The position numbers and the translations under genes were made by a program. The notes under the pieces are model-generated. The model had not been told where the DNA came from. It worked only from the letters and a program-made list of their open reading frames with translations, and did not search any database. This document shows positions 59,111 to 64,000 of a stretch of 64,000 nt of DNA, one piece after another. Every line of letters starts with the position of its first letter. Position 1 is the stretch's first letter. The DNA comes from Guillardia theta CCMP2712 (Eukaryota > Protista > Cryptophyta). The stretch spans positions 136,004 to 200,003 of the forward strand of contig NW_005434549.1 in NCBI RefSeq assembly GCF_000315625.1, written 5' to 3'.

Positions 59111-62100
59111 ATGGCAGCGCCGACGTGCGCATGCCGCGAGCTCGGGAGGTTCGAGCCCAGTGGTCGGCGATGGCTGTCCGGGTCAGCGACGACTGTAGAG
59201 AGCAGCGAGCAGGTGAAGTCACTCCGATCCTCTCCTGAGCTTGCATGTGCGGCATGCTGGCTAACTTGTGCTGTTAGGGCGCGACACGGCACGTTTCAGA
59301 AAGCTACTTCCTGTATCCGTCGCAGAGAGACAGCTGGTCCATCGAGGAAGAGCTGTACATATCAGACAGGAAAGTTACGTGGAGCTCCGGGTCCAGGCCC
59401 GTGAAGAATTTCAGCTTCGAGGCACCTGTGCTACAGGCAGTATGGTGCAGTTTCCAGGGAGGGCGAATGGAGGATGAGATGATGGATCGACAGAGCAACA
59501 CGCTCGATCAGCTACCTGAGAACGTTTATCTTTGTGTTCTGATGAAGAACGAGCTTGCCGTGCACTCGTCTGATGGAGAAGAATACACCGTCTCCCTCCC
59601 TTTCCACGCGGTATGTTGGTGGAACTGTGTTCTTTTTGGCTGCTTCCGCTTTCAATCTGTTGCCGTCTTTCACTCCATCCATGTCGTCTTGTGACTCGTT
59701 TCTGCACGTGCAGACTAGGATGTGGGAGACTTCCGCAAGCTACTTGCTGATCGAAGCGGAGAATGAGAATGCGAACGGGCCGAGGATATTCAGCCTTTTG
59801 CATCCTCTCGCAGAACCAAAACCAGTTGGAATCTTGCAGGATGGCAAGCTGGACATTCTCCGACTCTCCTCATCTAAGGTCCCCTGCCTTGCGACAATGG
59901 TGACTGCACTGCCTCACTGTTGTGTACACGGCACAGGTGGAGAAGGTGTTTGACTGCGAGCAAGTGTTCTCTTCGGACGAAGCGTTCCTCCCCGTCCTCA
60001 TGACTTTTGACGAGACGTCCCGAGAGCGAGTCATCTGGGCCGTGAGCCGCCTTCCCGACAAGCAGTGGACTCCTGGTGAGCTAGGGCCCTTGCCGTGCCT
60101 ACCCATCATGACGCCTCACTGCAGCTACGACGCACCTGGCATGCTCGAGCTCGGGAGGCATCTCCTATGAAGAAGGGGATGCAGTCGCCATGGTCTACTC
60201 CCACCAGTTCGGATGGACAGCATGCGGGAGCATCGGGCTTGGAGCAGAGATCCGGAAGGACTGGAGGCCTAGTCACTGTGAGGTCGTGGTGAAGCCGGTG
60301 TGGAGAGCAGCGGGATCCGTGGAGTCGAAGACAGCGATCATCTACTCACAGTCTAACGACGATATGTTCCTCGGGTTGTTGCAGCCTGATGACAGGATGG
60401 CGGTCTACTCCGTCACATTTCGAGATGAGACCGCTCAAGATTTCAAACTTTCAGATCACAACCCGTCGGGATTCAAACCCCCAGACCACAACCCGCGAAA
60501 TTTGAAGCTCTCGGACCACACCCTCCAGTTCAAGAGCAGGTTGGCCGAGTCAAAGTTTGTTCCCAAGAAGATCATCAACAGCGTTGCTCAAGTGACAAGC
60601 ATCGAGGCGATGTGGGGGATCAGCATTTCTGACAGCACCTCAGTCGAGAAAGCTGCTCTAGCCCTCGTCATCAGCAACCAGAATGAGCTCATCCTCTACC
60701 AGGCCTTGAATCCCCTCTGTAAACTGCGACTCAGGGCTCCTTCCTCTAAGTACACCAGACTGTCGAACTCCGTCTGTGGGAGGGTGAACGTTGAGACGGA
60801 GGACGGACAGTGCTTCCGCTTCCAAGTCCCGTATGCCTCCTGCTCCCTGTCGCGCAGTGTGCTTGTCCAGATCCGGAACAACATGAGCGATGACTTCTAC
60901 CTGTACAGCAGGAGATGCATGCTCGCGCTGGAGTGGGGGGTCGTGGATGGAGAGAGCTGCCGCGACGGTCCAGGAGGAGAGTGGGGCTACCTAGCTGGAG
61001 TCCTGCAGGCCTTGATCGAGCAGCTGAAAATCCCGAGACACTTTGACGCCAGCGACGACTTTGACACGATGTTCCCAACCAACTCGATGCAGACTTCGTC
61101 CTCCTGGGAGCTCCTGCTGCAGTCTGAGTTCCACCTGCAGCAGCACAAGGGCGGGTCTCTGCCTCGTCTCCTCGCCGACTCGTGCCCTGGCGCCAGCAAG
61201 CCGTCCAGGTCGACCTGCTGTGTCTCGGACGTCCTTCTCTCGCGCTGGAGGGAGGCGAAGCTGCAGGTCTCGCCCGATGCCCTGACAGCGGAGCTGAGAA
61301 AGCTGCTGCTGGCGCTTCACCTCCTCTACGAGGACGTGAAGCTCAACGTGCTAATGCACGGTCAGCTTGTCAAGCTCGGCAGGCTGCTCCTGTTCCTGTC
61401 CTGCTCGCTGGGAGCGAAGAGCTACTGCGACTACTACATTCGCCATCACCCCGAGCTGAACAGCCTGGTAGGCGAGAAAGCCCTTTCTCAGCTGCTCATG
61501 GCCAAGACCGACGGGCTGGCGGACAAGATCCCGGACATCTGCCGGTGGGTCTGCGATCAGCTTGACGGCTACTTCCCCTCCCCAGAGGAGTTTGTCGACC
61601 CCAGCAGCAGGGTCCTCCCCATGACCTCCAAAGTCTGCAAGCTCTTCGCCTGCCTCACTGGAGACGTCGAGCAGCCGGCGGCCGACGGGCATCGAGGCAT
61701 CTCCGAGTTCGACCAGGTCAGGATGCAGAGCCACGACCGTCTGTCCCCCGTCCCCCACCTCCTCACGAGTGCGGAGCTCATGCGGCAAGCCTCGGGCATC
61801 AGCTTGCGGGAGCCGAAGCACAGCCGGCAGGTTAGCCACCCGGAGAGCGTTCGGAGCAGCCGAGCAGCGCAGACTCCGCACGGGCTGATCCAGGTGGGGG
61901 AGCTGGACGAGCGGAGGAGGATGGCGATGTGCGAGTCGGTGGTGGAGAAGATGATCGAGCTGGGGATGAGTAAGGAGGACATTGACTGCCTTCCTCTTGC
62001 CTTCGCCCTCCCCCTCCGCGAGTGCCTGTGGGCATGCAGGGCAAACCCGCCCAAGGGGTGGGGGATGGAGGCGTGTAGGCTGGTGTCCCGTGCAGACCTG

Positions 62101-62460
62101 GCGAGTCCCGTTGCTCCCCGGGCGATCAAAGTGACGGGGGTGGAGACGTACGACGTTTTCAAGGGGGACCTCATAGGGGAGATGAAGAGGGCGCGGCAGA
62201 GTCAGCAAGCAGGAGGAGGAGGAGGAGGGGAGGAATTTGCTGCGACTGACAAGTCGAATGTGGATGGCACGAGGATGGACGGAGAGTTTGCGAGGTTGCG
62301 ATTCGGCAAGGACAGGAGGCTGGTGGAGGTTCGCCGGTGCCTTTCCGCTGTCAATCCAGTGAGGATACAGATTTCGAGCACAGAGGTGAGCTGATAAAAC
62401 TGTTGATGGTGCCGGTAGTGGTGATGGCGATGATGGCGGTGGTTGTGGTGATGCTGATGC

Positions 62461-62502
<42 letters not shown>

Positions 62503-64000
62503 AGATGGAGATGATGATGATGATGATGGACAGTTTGAATGGGTGTTGCCGATCATAAGGACTCTGAGCTTGATGTTGATTATTCCTGATCACCTTCACT
62601 AATTTGTTCCATTTCCCCTTTCTCTCCTCCCCCTTACACACACTCCTCCCCCTCTTATTTCTAACTCCCTCCTCAGGTTACCGATCATGACATTCACTCA
62701 ACCAATCAGAACAAGCTCCAGCTTATCGCCCGTAGAACGCTCGCCCTCTCCGTAGGACGAGGCATGTTCACCCTTGGTACCGCTACTCCCCTCCCCACCG
62801 AGGCTCTCCCCATCCCTCCCCTCCAGCTCAGCGGCCGCCTGCAGTCCAACGATGCCCTGATCAAACTTGATGTCTCCCTCCTACCTGCCGACCATGCCGC
62901 CTGGCCCGAGTTCCACAACGGAGTGGCCGCAGCCCTGCGGCTCTCGCTCGGTCAGACGGCCATCTCTCGTACATGGATTGTATACAACAAGCCGGAAGTA
63001 GCAAACTTCTCGCATGCGGGGGTGCTGATGGGCCTCGGCCTACAGGGCCATCTCAAGGCTCTGGCGAAGCCGGACCTGTACAACTACCTGTGCCAGGACC
63101 ACGAGGCGACTCAGATCGGCATCATGCTGGGCATGGCGGCGTCGAAGCGCAGCACCATGGACGAGGCCGTGTTCCGCATGCTCTACGTCCACATTCCCTC
63201 CCTCCACCCCGCCAACTACCCGGACCTCGAAGTCGCTTCCCCCGTGCAAACGGCAGCGATCATGGGGCTCGGGCTGCTCTACATGGGGTCGAAGCATCGG
63301 AGGATCTGCGAAGTTCTGCTGGCGGAGATCGGGAGGAGGGCCACCAACGACAAGCTGCAGGACAGGGAGGGGTACGCGCTGGCTGCTGGACTGGCGCTGG
63401 GTCTGGTGACCCTCGGGCAGGGGAACTCAGCGGCTGGGCTAGCTGATCTCCAGCTGGAGAATATGCTGAGGAAGTACATCTCTGGGGGGAGGGCGGCGGA
63501 CGCGTCGCAGGCAGTGAGCAACGGGAGCGACCCGTCGCTGTGCTGCAGGATCAAGGAGGGGGAGAACGTGAACCTGGACGTGACGTCCCCCGGGGCGACG
63601 CTCGCGCTGGGCCTCATGTTCCTCCAGACCAACAGCAGGACCGTTGCTGCGAGGCTCGAAATCCCCTCGACCAACTTCATGCTGCAGGAAGTTCGGCCGG
63701 ACCTGATCCTGCTTCGCATCCTGGCAAGGAACCTCGTGCTCTGGGACAAGATCTCCCCCTCCTCCTCCTTCTTCGAGTCTCAGATCCCCGATATCGTCAA
63801 GGGGGCGTACCCCGAGCTGGATGACATGGAGCAGGGAGCTGAAAAGGACGGCAGGGCAGGGAAGCACACATGGGTCAACGACGTTGAGACCCTCCGGCAT
63901 GTGCATGCCAACATCGTCGCAGGCTGCTGCCTGTCCCTCGGACTCCGGTGACCCTCTTCCCCTCCTCCCTCCCTCCCTCCCTCCCTCCCTCCCTCCCTCC
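59111..64000 (+). CDS. APC1: Anaphase-promoting complex subunit 1 (3' partial)
   Basis: LLLALHLLYEDVKLN, LPLAFALPLRECL..CR.NPP..W, RLRFGKDRRLVEVRRCL, RTLALSVGRGMFT, WPEFHNGVAAAL, PC repeats (HAGVLMGLGLQGHL; EGYALAAGLALGLV; NLDVTSPGATLALGLMFL; RPDLILLRILARNL). Multi-exon; continues past 64000. Confidence 0.95.

Overview
Eukaryotic nuclear DNA. It is gene-dense, with many short (about 45-60 nt) GT-AG introns, some longer introns filled with (CCT)n/(GGA)n-type tracts, and two 100-N gaps. The style suggests a cryptophyte alga such as Guillardia theta (inference only). About 19 protein-coding genes can be reconstructed by manual splicing. In order: a 5'-partial-view secreted or membrane protein running off the left edge; an ankyrin/Cys-finger/2OG-Fe(II) dioxygenase; a KHA(DCX-like)-LOTUS-CSD-UBA-CCCH RNA-binding protein; an ankyrin protein; an F-box/cullin-repeat-like protein; a bHLH-PAS-2x cNMP-binding transcription factor; a MIB/HERC2-like protein; a coiled-coil protein; an orphan 6TM protein; a PH + single-domain voltage-gated channel + EF-hands; a MEF2-like MADS factor; a PB1-like protein; an SK/KCNN-like K+ channel; two small paralogous tail-anchored proteins; AP-3 beta; an AMPK-family kinase; a palindromic divergent pair of 358-aa orphan genes; and APC1, which runs off the right edge. 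There is also an inverted 285-bp copy of an AP-3 beta coding segment, several minisatellites, and two recurrent intergenic island types (GGGTA-rich, and GC-rich palindrome-rich) found mainly upstream of genes. The strongest novelty candidate is the bHLH-PAS-cNMP-cNMP protein, a possible eukaryotic one-component cyclic-nucleotide-sensing transcription factor. It lies near Ca2+/excitability genes. No rRNA, tRNA, CRISPR array or recognisable transposase was seen. All domain calls are by eye and all exon boundaries are manual predictions.
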